A DNA stretch of 34,032 nucleotides from Actinomycetota bacterium (GCA_019241805.1 JAFAWL010000403.1:1-34032), one strand, 5' to 3'; counted from the first letter of the stretch, positions 1 through 7,739 are shown. Notes: generated by a model from the letters alone, not told the origin. Numbers and translations: made by a program.

Positions 1-29
1 GTTCCCATGAGCTGAACGCCGCGCCCTTA

Positions 30-521
30 TCACGGGATGGAGCCGCGACCGCGACAGTCGGTCACCACGGTTTGGATGGCGCGCGCGTAGGCGACCGACA
101 TCCTGGAGTACGTGATCCGTTGGCTCTCGGTCATCGAGCGCCGACCCAGATAATCGAACGGATCTTTGTCGACGACCGTGGTGACGTAGTGCCAAAGCCC
201 CGACAACGCGGAGAAGGCTTGAGCGAGCCCGGCCCACCGGTGATCGAGCTCGGCGGCCCGTGCGGCGTGCCTGGCCGCGTCGTCAACCGTGAGACGAACC
301 GCCTGATCCTCGTCCTCCGTCTGATAGGCCTCGGCATCTGCTGCGGGCGCGTCCGCCGTCCGCGGCGCGATGGAGCAGGCCTGATACGCCTCTGCTCCGG
401 CTTGCACCGAGGCGAGCTTTCCCCCCTCTTCCGAGACGGCGACGCCCGCGAGGAGGGCAAGGATCGCGGCGGCGACCAAAGCCACTGAACTCACACCTCG
501 CAAACGCACGGAAGTGATCAT
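30..521 (-). CDS. hypothetical secreted protein
   Basis: 163-aa ORF. The N-terminus MITSVRLRGVSSVALVAAAILALLAGVAV has a basic n-region plus hydrophobic core, like a signal peptide. No family recognised by eye. Confidence 0.5.
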   Translation of the reverse strand: MITSVRLRGVSSVALVAAAILALLAGVAVSEEGGKLASVQAGAEAYQACSIAPRTADAPAADAEAYQTEDEDQAVRLTVDDAARHAARAAELDHRWAGLAQAFSALSGLWHYVTTVVDKDPFDYLGRRSMTESQRITYSRMSVAYARAIQTVVTDCRGRGSIP

Positions 522-575
522 GAGGGCCGAAATCGACTCTGTCGAGAGGAGGGCAGGCGGTCCGCCTGCGCCTCG

Positions 576-731
576 CTAGGGCGGTGGTTTGGTGTGGTGG
601 TTGTGGGCGGTGTTGCGGAGGGGTGTTTGTTTCGGGTCGAGCCAGGTGGGTGGTGTCCAGTGGGGGACGCCGTCGGTGATGGTGCAGGTCCAGCCGGTGC
701 GGGTGTGGTCGCGGTGGTCCGCCCGACCCAT
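576..731 (-). pseudogene. C-terminal relic of an HNH endonuclease (DUF222 / REP13E12-type)
   Basis: My minus-strand translation is MGRADHRDHTRTGWTCTITDGVPHWTPPTWLDPKQTPLRNTAHNHHTKPPP*. It fits the C-terminal signature GW..(D)G.p.WiPP..lD..Q.p..N..HH of actinobacterial 13E12-type HNH proteins. An in-frame stop lies 7 codons upstream (755..753), so the 300-400 aa N-terminal body is absent. Too short (51 aa) to appear in the ORF track. Confidence 0.5.
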
Positions 732-898
732 GATCGCTACCGAACATACATTCTATTCTACGCCCAGGCGGCTCATGATCGCCAATGAGCTTCCCGTTAC
801 CTTGCAAGGGAAAACTCAGTTGATCACCCGTAGCCGGACCGGGGACGATGTGGGCGGCCCGAGGTCTCGCAGGGCGTGCAGGCGGGCACGCGATAGGC

Positions 899-1234
899 CT
901 ACGACTTGGGCGGCAAGCTCCGGGCATACTTCACGCCGAACTGGACCCAGCGACGCAATGTCGCGCGGGTCGCGACTGCTTCCGGGTCGACCCGCAACCA
1001 ACCGTCCATCTCGCGCCCGCGCATGACGAATCGGTCCACTTGTGGGGGCGCGATGAGCGACTCTGTCTGCGCCGGGTCGACCCGTAGCAGTAGTCCACCT
1101 CGGCCACTCGCGCTGACCGCCATATGTCCGTTGACGAGGAACGCCAGACCGCCGAACATGCGCTTCTCGGTAAGACCTTCGACCGGCCCCAGTACGGCTC
1201 GGATGCGGTCGGCGAGATCCACGTCGTAAGCCAT
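899..1234 (-). CDS. TfoX/Sxy N-terminal domain protein
   Basis: 111 aa. LTEKRMFGGLAFLVNGHMAV ... GWLRVDPEAV matches the TfoX_N pattern (MFGG.a....g.m). Confidence 0.8.
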   Translation of the reverse strand: MAYDVDLADRIRAVLGPVEGLTEKRMFGGLAFLVNGHMAVSASGRGGLLLRVDPAQTESLIAPPQVDRFVMRGREMDGWLRVDPEAVATRATLRRWVQFGVKYARSLPPKS

Positions 1235-1324
1235 GCGATCAGTATTGCCGCGAGGCCGGACAACGGTGACTGACTGCGCGGCCGACCGCCGTGGCCGACC
1301 AATGGTGGCCGATCGGCAGTGGAA

Positions 1325-1390
1325 GGCGACGATGCTCGGACGGCGACGATGCTCGGACGGCGACGATGCTCGGACGGCGACGATGCTCGG
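1325..1390. repeat. 17-bp tandem repeat, about 3.9 copies (GGCGACGATGCTCGGAC)
   Basis: Three perfect copies at 1325-1341, 1342-1358 and 1359-1375, plus 15 of 17 nt of a fourth. Lies in the divergent spacer between the tfoX-like gene (start 1234) and the surface-protein gene (start 1536). The unit is not a multiple of 3. Confidence 0.95.
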
Positions 1391-1535
1391 GATGTGATGA
1401 GTCGCATCTTTGCGTGCTGGCGGTGATTCCTTCGTCCTCTGTTTACCGCCCGGTCATCCAGCGGCGTGTGCGTGGGCTGTCCATGCGCCATTGTGGTGCC
1501 CGGCACGCCGACGACGGGGAAACGGGGGCCGCTGC

Positions 1536-2669
1536 ATGGAGTGCGGCACGAGCGTGCTCGCCGACACGGGCTTCGCGGCGGCGAATGCGATTGCGGTAGC
1601 CGCGCTCTTCCTCGGTTGCGGCCTTGTGCTTCTGCTGGCGGCCCGTTCGGGTGCCCGCCGGAGGCGGGCTGTCGTAGTCGTGCCGCTCGCGACGCTGCTG
1701 TTCGCCGGCTCGCTGGCCCAAGACGGGCCGGCCCCGATTACTGCGAGCTGCCTAAGCGCACTGAGCCCGGCAGCCGCGTGCGAAACCATCAATGGGGTGA
1801 CGCGAGCTTCCGGAGGCAGCGCGAACGCCTTGAGTGGATCAAACTGCCCTGACGCCGGTCGGCTAGGCATTGCCGCCGATCCGGCCTCGATCTCGGCCGG
1901 CGAGACGGTTGCGCTGACCGCGACCTCGCCGAGCGCCTACCCGGGCGCGACGGTGCGATTCTCGGATTCCGGTGTGATCGTCGGGGTGACACTCATGACG
2001 GACCGCACGGCCCTGTTCGGCCTCCGGCTCGGTGTAGGCACGCATGAGATCAAAGCCGAGCTGGTGTTCGTCGGGCCCGGCGGGTGCGGTCCCCGTCCGT
2101 CTGATCCGGTCGCGATTCTGGTTACGGCGACCCGCTCCAGCGCAGCCGTCGGGGGAGATCTGCAATATGTCGAGGCGACCGTGCCGATCGGCGTCCTCTC
2201 GATCTCCTCGCCGTACACCCCCGACCATCCGGACGACGTCGGTTTGCTCGCGCTGGATCCGGACGGCCGGCGGCTCTCAGGGCGGTCCGCGTTCGGGGAC
2301 GGGACCTTCGACGGCAGTATCCGAATCGTCGACACCCGGCCCGGTGGAAGCGATTGGACCGCAAGCGTTCAGGGTCTTGATCTCGTCAGTGACCGTGGCG
2401 CGCGCATCGCGGCGAGCAATCTCGGCTTGGTCGATCTGCGGGTCGTTCCGGTGGAAGGCAATGCGCTCACCCGCCAGACGGTGGACGTCACCGATCTGCC
2501 GGTCGAATCGAGCGGGGGCGGACAAGGACTGTCCGCCGTCCGCGCGTTCGCGCGATCGACGCACGGTGGCGCCGGCGTCGTCGGTGTCGCGGGAGCGCTG
2601 ATCGTCACTGCACCTCCGGGAACGCCGCCCGGCGCTTATCACGGAACGCTCATCTTGACGATTTCCTGA
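1536..2669 (+). CDS. membrane-anchored/secreted surface protein with Ig-like domain and WxL-like C-terminal region
   Basis: ATG 1536 follows GGGGAAACGGGGG. The N-terminal hydrophobic segment is AIAVAALFLGCGLVLLLAA. A central segment GETVALTATSP..ATVRFSDSGVIVGV...GTHEIKAELVF looks like a bacterial Ig-like repeat. The C-terminus (SDWTASVQGLDL ... PPGAYHGTLILTIS*) resembles WxL-type surface domains. The 1410 start in the track is an unlikely Arg/Cys-rich extension. Confidence 0.55.
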   Translation: MECGTSVLADTGFAAANAIAVAALFLGCGLVLLLAARSGARRRRAVVVVPLATLLFAGSLAQDGPAPITASCLSALSPAAACETINGVTRASGGSANALSGSNCPDAGRLGIAADPASISAGETVALTATSPSAYPGATVRFSDSGVIVGVTLMTDRTALFGLRLGVGTHEIKAELVFVGPGGCGPRPSDPVAILVTATRSSAAVGGDLQYVEATVPIGVLSISSPYTPDHPDDVGLLALDPDGRRLSGRSAFGDGTFDGSIRIVDTRPGGSDWTASVQGLDLVSDRGARIAASNLGLVDLRVVPVEGNALTRQTVDVTDLPVESSGGGQGLSAVRAFARSTHGGAGVVGVAGALIVTAPPGTPPGAYHGTLILTIS

Positions 2670-2786
2670 GACGTCCCGCGAACGTGAAACGGCGACGCCT
2701 CCGGGAAGAGAGGCGCCGCCGAGTATGGAGGGCAGCCGCCAACAGGTGCGGCTCCGCAGTCGAGTACGGACGCTCAGGCCCGAAGT

Positions 2787-2818
2787 GCTCAGTAGCCGTA
2801 CTGCTCAGTAGCCGTAGT
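2787..2818. repeat. 16-bp direct duplication (GCTCAGTAGCCGTA + 2 nt) spanning a stop codon
   Basis: GCTCAGTAGCCGTA occurs at 2787-2800 and again at 2803-2816. The second copy contains the TGA (2807..2805) and last codons (Y-G-Y) of the 60-aa ORF. The first copy lies just 3' of it. Confidence 0.9.
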
Positions 2819-2987
2819 GCCAGTAGGGCAGCGCGTCGACGGGCAGGTCAGCCGGAGGTCCGTAGGCACGCACGATGGCCTCGCCCATGCGTGACAGGCG
2901 AGCGCGAATGCGGCTGCGCACCGGAGTGACGTGGCGGGTGGTCGAGTCGAAGGCCGTGTCGATGGTCGTGGCGGTCATGGCGGTCAT
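2805..2987 (-). CDS. small hypothetical protein (60 aa)
   Basis: AGGAG sits 6 nt upstream of ATG 2987. About 87% G/C at third codon positions by my count. Ends ...LPYWHYGY*. No family recognised. Confidence 0.5.
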   Translation of the reverse strand: MTAMTATTIDTAFDSTTRHVTPVRSRIRARLSRMGEAIVRAYGPPADLPVDALPYWHYGY

Positions 2988-3189
2988 GATGGGCTCCTGG
3001 GTTCGGGTCGAGTCGTCTCGGCGTCTGCCGCGCCGGTCGCTCGGCGCTTGAGAAAAGCATCGGCCGAACAGGCCTCACGAAACGTCGGGTGGACGGGCGA
3101 TAGTTCGGCCGACCCGCGGGTCAACCGATCGGACGACAAGGGGAAACGAGTCGTCCGGCGAGCGAGCCGGCGCCCGCGCGGACGTCAGG

Positions 3190-4092
3190 TCAACGCGTGG
3201 TCGGCACGCACTTCTCGACGCTGGCGGCGAGTGCGCCGGCGTAGCGCTGCTGGTCACCGGTGTTCAGGCCGACGGTTCCGGCACTGTTGCCGCCGGCCTC
3301 GTTGTAGACCCACGGCACCTGGGACAGCAACTGCACCATCCACATGTTTCCTGCCGGCAGACCACGGGAGCCGAGGTCGTAGCCGGTATCGCCTTGGAGG
3401 CTGACGGTGTGGCCTTCCAGGGTCGCCCGAGTGGACTGGAACACCTCGGCGCAGCTCTTGCTGAACGCGGCGACCGCACCGTTCGTGAACGTGATGCGGC
3501 GGCCGGCTGACGTATCGCGATAGCCTCCGACCGACTGGTAGTACACGATGTTGTTCCCTGTGTTGAACGCGATCCCGCCGTTGGCGCCCGCTTGGTCGTG
3601 GATGCTCAGGGCAAGGGCGGCGTGGGCGTTGTTGGCCACGGCGGCGCGCTGGCCCAAAGACACCCGGTCGGCGGCGGTGTTCTTGGTCATGACGACGCGG
3701 TAGCCGTCGGCCTGGAGTTTGCTCTGGACCAGGACGGCGACGCTGAAGACGTCGCGCATCTCGGGTTCGTTCTCGTAGTCGGAGTCGTTGAGGCCGGTCG
3801 TGGGATCGGTGGACGCGATGCTCGGACTGTGGCCCGGGTCGATGACGATCACCGGACCGTCGGCGGCGGGCGAAGGCTGAGCGCTAGGCGGAGCGCTTGA
3901 CGTTACGAGGGCGGGCGCCGTGCTGTCGACCGTCGGTACCATCGCGGTAGCCGCGTCAGAGGCAGAGGTCGTTGTGGCTGACCTCGCCCGTGATGAGGTG
4001 GGAGCAGAAGCGTTTCGGCGAGCGGAGTCACAAGCGGCGAGCAGAACGATCAGCGCGATCGCAGCCGCGCCGCGACGCGCGGCGATCAGCAT
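3190..4092 (-). CDS. N-acetylmuramoyl-L-alanine amidase lipoprotein (Amidase_3 type)
   Basis: Lipobox LLAAC after a signal sequence, then a Ser/Thr/Ala/Pro-rich linker. VIVIDPGHSP...NEPEMRDV...VVMTK...RAAVANNAHAALALSIHDQ is the MurNAc-LAA zinc amidase pattern. Confidence 0.85.
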   Translation of the reverse strand: MLIAARRGAAAIALIVLLAACDSARRNASAPTSSRARSATTTSASDAATAMVPTVDSTAPALVTSSAPPSAQPSPAADGPVIVIDPGHSPSIASTDPTTGLNDSDYENEPEMRDVFSVAVLVQSKLQADGYRVVMTKNTAADRVSLGQRAAVANNAHAALALSIHDQAGANGGIAFNTGNNIVYYQSVGGYRDTSAGRRITFTNGAVAAFSKSCAEVFQSTRATLEGHTVSLQGDTGYDLGSRGLPAGNMWMVQLLSQVPWVYNEAGGNSAGTVGLNTGDQQRYAGALAASVEKCVPTTR

Positions 4093-4349
4093 GAAGCCCC
4101 ACCGGCTCGGGCGGCCCCACCGGCTCGGGCGGCCGCATCGGCTCGGGCCGCCCGCGCGGCCGCGACGGCACCGGCGAGGGTCGTCGAGCCGTCGCCGGCC
4201 TCGTGGTTGGCCGAAGTCTCGTCATCGAGGTCGCGCCACCGTTCCCAGGCGGACTGGCGGGTGATGCCGAGATGGGTCGCGATCTCGGCCCACGAGTGAC
4301 CTTGTCGTCGGGCCGTCCGAACCGAGCTCAGCTCCAGTGATCGAGGCAC
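4086..4349 (-). CDS. helix-turn-helix protein (HTH segment; the gene is probably longer and frameshifted, see findings)
   Basis: ARRQGHSWAEIATHLGITRQSAWERW is a classic small actinobacterial HTH. The Ala/Gly-rich tail overlaps the amidase start by 7 nt. The ORF begins at GTG 4349. Confidence 0.6.
   Translation of the reverse strand: MPRSLELSSVRTARRQGHSWAEIATHLGITRQSAWERWRDLDDETSANHEAGDGSTTLAGAVAAARAARADAAARAGGAARAGGASC
4097..4150. repeat. 18-bp tandem repeat x3 (CCCCACCGGCTCGGGCGG)
   Basis: Copies at 4097-4114 and 4115-4132 are identical. The third copy (4133-4150) has 4 mismatches. On the minus strand it encodes the AARAGG-AARAGG tail of the HTH protein, just upstream of the amidase start. 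Confidence 0.9.
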
Positions 4350-4483
4350 CGGCGCACAATCCCGATGTCCGCCAGCATGGACAGGGCGGCGTCGCCCGAC
4401 CGTTCGCCGGGGCGGCCCGGGCGTCCGAACAGCCGTCGCCAGGCCCGCCGCGCCTCGGCCGCGGCGTCCGGTGTCCCCGTCAT
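4328..4483 (-). CDS. 51-codon ORF, probable displaced N-terminal part of the HTH gene
   Basis: MTGTPDAAAEARRAWRRLFGRPGRPGERSGDAALSMLADIGIVRRCLDHWS*. About 87% GC3. Overlaps the HTH ORF by 22 nt in another frame. ATG 4483 lies 7 nt after a TAACCT -10-like hexamer, which is the leaderless geometry. Confidence 0.4.
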   Translation of the reverse strand: MTGTPDAAAEARRAWRRLFGRPGRPGERSGDAALSMLADIGIVRRCLDHWS

Positions 4484-4486
4484 CAC

Positions 4487-4502
4487 GTCAGGTTATCCTG
4501 AC
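4487..4502. promoter_or_regulatory. perfect palindrome GTCAGG-TTAT-CCTGAC in the divergent xthA / HTH spacer
   Basis: 6-bp arms with a 4-bp AT spacer. It overlaps the putative -10 (TAACCT, minus strand 4495..4490) of the leaderless HTH transcript. Operator-like. Confidence 0.35.
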
Positions 4503-4580
4503 ACGCGTCCGGCGGCCCAGCGTCCGCGCTGTCGGTCGTCACCGGCGGGGGGCGCGGGCGAGCAAGACTAGGTTTGACCT

Positions 4581-5444
4581 ATGCGGGTGGCCACCTGGAA
4601 TGTCAACTCGGTCAAGCAGCGATTACCTCGCCTCTTGCCGTGGCTGGACGAGCGTAAGCCTGACATCGTCTGTTTGCAGGAGACCAAACTCGCAGACGCG
4701 GCGTTCGCGGAACTGCTGGCCGACGAACTCGATCAGCGGGGATACGAGGTCGCCGCGCACGGCGAAGCCCAGTGGAACGGCGTGGCACTGCTCTCGCGCG
4801 TCGGCCTGGACGACGTCGTCCCTGGGTTGCCGGGCGGTCCCGGCTTCCCCGATCAGGAGGCGCGAGCGGTATCGGCGACCTGCGGCGGCCTTCGCGTGTT
4901 TTCGGTCTACGTGCCCAATGGTCGAATACCGGATTCGGAGCACTACCACTACAAGCTGGAATGGCTGAAAGTTCTGCGCGACGTGATCGCCGCCGGACCG
5001 GCCGACACGCTCGTCTGCGGCGACATGAATATCGCTCCGGCCGACGACGATGTCTTCGATCCGGTCGCGTACATCGGACAGACTCACGTCACGCCACCGG
5101 AGCGGGCAGCGCTGGGGGCATTGACCGCGCTCGGATTGCACGATGTCGTGCGCGATCATTGGCCGGCTGAGCGGATCTTCAGTTACTGGGATTACCGCGC
5201 CGGCATGTTTCATCAAGACTTGGGGATGCGCATCGACTTGGTGCTCGCCGGCGGCGGAGTTCCCGATCGGGTGCGGGCGGCGTGGATCGATCGACAAGCC
5301 CGCAAGGGCACCGGCCCGAGTGATCACGCACCCGTGATCGTCGACCTCGATGACGCGCCGGACGGGAATATCGGACCGGTTGTGCCGCCACCCTCAGCCG
5401 GTCGCGGGCCGCGACGGACCAAGAAACTCCCGCAGGCCCGCTAG
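4581..5444 (+). CDS. xthA: exodeoxyribonuclease III
   Basis: MRVATWNVNSVKQRLP...PDIVCLQETK ... SDHAPVIVDL. Hallmark ExoIII/AP endonuclease motifs run end to end. Confidence 0.95.
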   Translation: MRVATWNVNSVKQRLPRLLPWLDERKPDIVCLQETKLADAAFAELLADELDQRGYEVAAHGEAQWNGVALLSRVGLDDVVPGLPGGPGFPDQEARAVSATCGGLRVFSVYVPNGRIPDSEHYHYKLEWLKVLRDVIAAGPADTLVCGDMNIAPADDDVFDPVAYIGQTHVTPPERAALGALTALGLHDVVRDHWPAERIFSYWDYRAGMFHQDLGMRIDLVLAGGGVPDRVRAAWIDRQARKGTGPSDHAPVIVDLDDAPDGNIGPVVPPPSAGRGPRRTKKLPQAR

Positions 5445-5601
5445 GCCGGCGCGAAGCCGTTCAGCGGCTACATCGCGTATGCGGTTGTGCAGGTGGCCGG
5501 CGACTACCGGCACGATGTTCAACAAGGACACGACGTTCAAGCGGGGTAATTGTTCTCGCCGATACCATGTGGGTCCGTTTAGCCGGATGGGGGAGGACGT
5601 C

Positions 5602-5925
5602 GTGGCTTGGTTGTTGGTCGTCATCGCCGGACTACTCGAGACCGGTTTCGCGATCTGTCTGAAGCAGAGCAACGGATTCACGCGCATCGTGCCCTCGATC
5701 CTGTTCGCGATCTTCGCGTTGGGCAGCTTCGGCTTGTTGACGTTGGCGTTGCGCAACCTGCACGTCGGACCGGCCTATGCGGTCTGGACGGGCATCGGCG
5801 CGGCCGGCACCGTTCTCGTCGGAATGATTTGGCTCGACGAGTCGGTGACCCTTCTGAAGATTTCGTCGGTGGCCCTCGTGATCGCCGGGGTGATCGGCCT
5901 GCAGCTCAGCGGTGCCTCGCACTGA
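5602..5925 (+). CDS. sugE: SMR-family exporter SugE/Gdx (guanidinium/quaternary cation efflux)
   Basis: AWLLVVIAGLLETGFAICLK...GPAYAVWTGIGAAGTVLVG...ALVIAGVIGLQL is collinear with E. coli SugE. GTG 5602 lies 4 nt after the G-rich SD-like run GGGGGAGGA (5590-5597). ATG 5587 is the alternative start. The 5350 start in the track is an artefact. Confidence 0.9.
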   Translation: MAWLLVVIAGLLETGFAICLKQSNGFTRIVPSILFAIFALGSFGLLTLALRNLHVGPAYAVWTGIGAAGTVLVGMIWLDESVTLLKISSVALVIAGVIGLQLSGASH

Positions 5926-5945
5926 CCTCGGGCGGAGGACGTCCG

Positions 5946-7157
5946 ATGACTGACGACACCAGGAGGGCGCGGGCGACGCGCTTTCCTATAGGTGCGTGCG
6001 TCACGGTCGAGCAATTGACCGACGACCCGCATCCGGTTCTCGCCCGACTCCGGGCCAGCGAGCCGGTGTCGTGGGTGCCGGCGCTGTCGGGTTGGCTCGT
6101 GACCCGTCACGACCTGGTGTCCGAGCTCGTGCGTGACCATCGCGCCTATACGGTTGACGATCCTCGGTTCTCGACCGCGCAGGTCGTCGGACCGAGCATG
6201 CTTTCGCTCGACGGCGCCGAACACGCCCGGCACCGCGCGCCGTTCGCGCGGGCCTTTCAACCGGCAGCCGTGCGATCGGGATACACCGAGCTGGTCGAGG
6301 CGGAGGCGAGGCGACTTGTCGCCGTGCTCCGGAATTCTCGGCCGGCCGAGATCCGCGCCGGTCTTGCCGGGCCGCTGGCGGTCACGACGCTGGCCGCGGC
6401 TCTCGGCCTCGTCGCGGCCGACCCGGACACGATCATGCGCTGGTACGCCGCCATCGTGGGCGCCGTGTCCGCGATCAGCGTGGGTGAACCGCCGGAGCCC
6501 GATGCGGCGGAGGCGGTCGCCGAGCTTCGCGCCCAGGTCGAAGTCAGCCTGTCCGCGGAGCATTCGTCCCTGCTGATCGAAGCGGCGCGGACGCCCGACG
6601 GCCTTGATGTGTCCGAGACCGTCGCCAACGCGGCAGTGATCATGTTCGGGGGTATCGACACAACCGAAGGAATGATCGCCAACCTGGTCGCCCATCTGCT
6701 GGCCGACAACGACGCACTGGCTGCGGTGCGCGCCGATCAGAGCTGGCTGCCGGCCGCAATCGAAGAGTCACTACGGCTGGAACCGGCCGCGGCCCGCGTC
6801 GATCGGTACACCACGCAGGCGGTGCGTCTGGGTGAGGTCGACCTACCGGCCGGAGATCTGGTGATCGCCTCGTTGAGCGGTGCCAACCGCGACCCGGGCG
6901 TGTTCCCCGAACCGGACCGGTTTCGCCTCGACCGATCGAACCGTCATCTGCAACTGGCCTTCGCCCGCGGCCCGCACGTCTGTCCGGGAATGGATCTGGC
7001 CCGACTCGAGACGCATGCCGCGTTGACGGCGCTGTTGGCACTGCCCGGGCTTCGGCTCGACCGCCCGACCCACCCGACCGGCCTGGTGTTCCGGCGCCCG
7101 AAAGAGGTCTTCGTCACATGGGACCAGACGTCCGGGGGTGGCAAGCTGACGCCGTGA
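5946..7157 (+). CDS. cytochrome P450
   Basis: ATG 5946 follows GGAGGAC. I-helix FGGIDTTE, EXXR as EESLRLEP, heme loop FARGPHVCPGMDLA. 403 aa. No adjacent ferredoxin. Confidence 0.9.
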   Translation: MTDDTRRARATRFPIGACVTVEQLTDDPHPVLARLRASEPVSWVPALSGWLVTRHDLVSELVRDHRAYTVDDPRFSTAQVVGPSMLSLDGAEHARHRAPFARAFQPAAVRSGYTELVEAEARRLVAVLRNSRPAEIRAGLAGPLAVTTLAAALGLVAADPDTIMRWYAAIVGAVSAISVGEPPEPDAAEAVAELRAQVEVSLSAEHSSLLIEAARTPDGLDVSETVANAAVIMFGGIDTTEGMIANLVAHLLADNDALAAVRADQSWLPAAIEESLRLEPAAARVDRYTTQAVRLGEVDLPAGDLVIASLSGANRDPGVFPEPDRFRLDRSNRHLQLAFARGPHVCPGMDLARLETHAALTALLALPGLRLDRPTHPTGLVFRRPKEVFVTWDQTSGGGKLTP

Positions 7158-7648
7158 GCGATCTTCGAGACCTGTCCGTGACGACCCTTGACGGAAAGCC
7201 GACCACGTTCGGTGAGCTCGTCGGAGACCGCGTCGCGCTCGTCGTCAACGTCGCGAGTCGCTGCGGTCTTACCCCGCAGTACGACAAGCTCGAGGCACTT
7301 CAGCGCGAATTGGGCGACGACGGTTTCACCGTCCTCGGCTTTCCGTGCAACCAATTCGCCGGGCAGGAGCCGGGCACGAACGAGGAGATCGCCGAGTTCT
7401 GCTCGAGCACTTACGGCGTCAGCTTTCCGATCACTGACAAGGTCGAGGTGAACGGGTCCGACCGCGATCCCGTCTACGAGGTGCTGACGCAAAACCGTGA
7501 TGCCGACGGTGAGGCCGGCGACGTCAAATGGAACTTCGAGAAGTTTCTGGTCGCCGCCGACGGTAACGTGCTGGCTCGCTTTCGGCCGCGGGTCGAGCCG
7601 GACGCGCCCGAGGTGCGCTCGGCGATCGACGCCGCGCTGGCGGGCTGA
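7154..7648 (+). CDS. glutathione peroxidase family protein
   Basis: VVNVASRCGLTPQY...LGFPCNQFAGQEPG...KWNFEKFLV. GTG 7154 overlaps the P450 TGA (GTGA). Confidence 0.9.
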   Translation: MSDLRDLSVTTLDGKPTTFGELVGDRVALVVNVASRCGLTPQYDKLEALQRELGDDGFTVLGFPCNQFAGQEPGTNEEIAEFCSSTYGVSFPITDKVEVNGSDRDPVYEVLTQNRDADGEAGDVKWNFEKFLVAADGNVLARFRPRVEPDAPEVRSAIDAALAG

Positions 7649-7739
7649 ACATCGCGACTTACGACGCCCCACGCTTTCGAACCGGTTTGTCGGCAGCGGC
7701 GCAGCGCTGAGTACGTCCGTCGTCGGGACGGAGCAAGAT

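Noticed and set aside
5445-5601. Guanidine riboswitch (ykkC, mini-ykkC or ykkC-III) upstream of sugE/gdx
   Set aside because: I looked for the ykkC-III pseudoknot (CCGG ACGAGG ... ACCCGG UCAGGACAAGAC), for ACGR-tetraloop hairpin pairs, and for the ykkC GGUCCGAGAG / ACACGG..GGGA.AAAAGCCCGGGAG order. Only scattered partial matches appear (CUAGG, GGUCCG, CAAGGACACGAC), in the wrong order or spacing. A covariance-model scan would be decisive.
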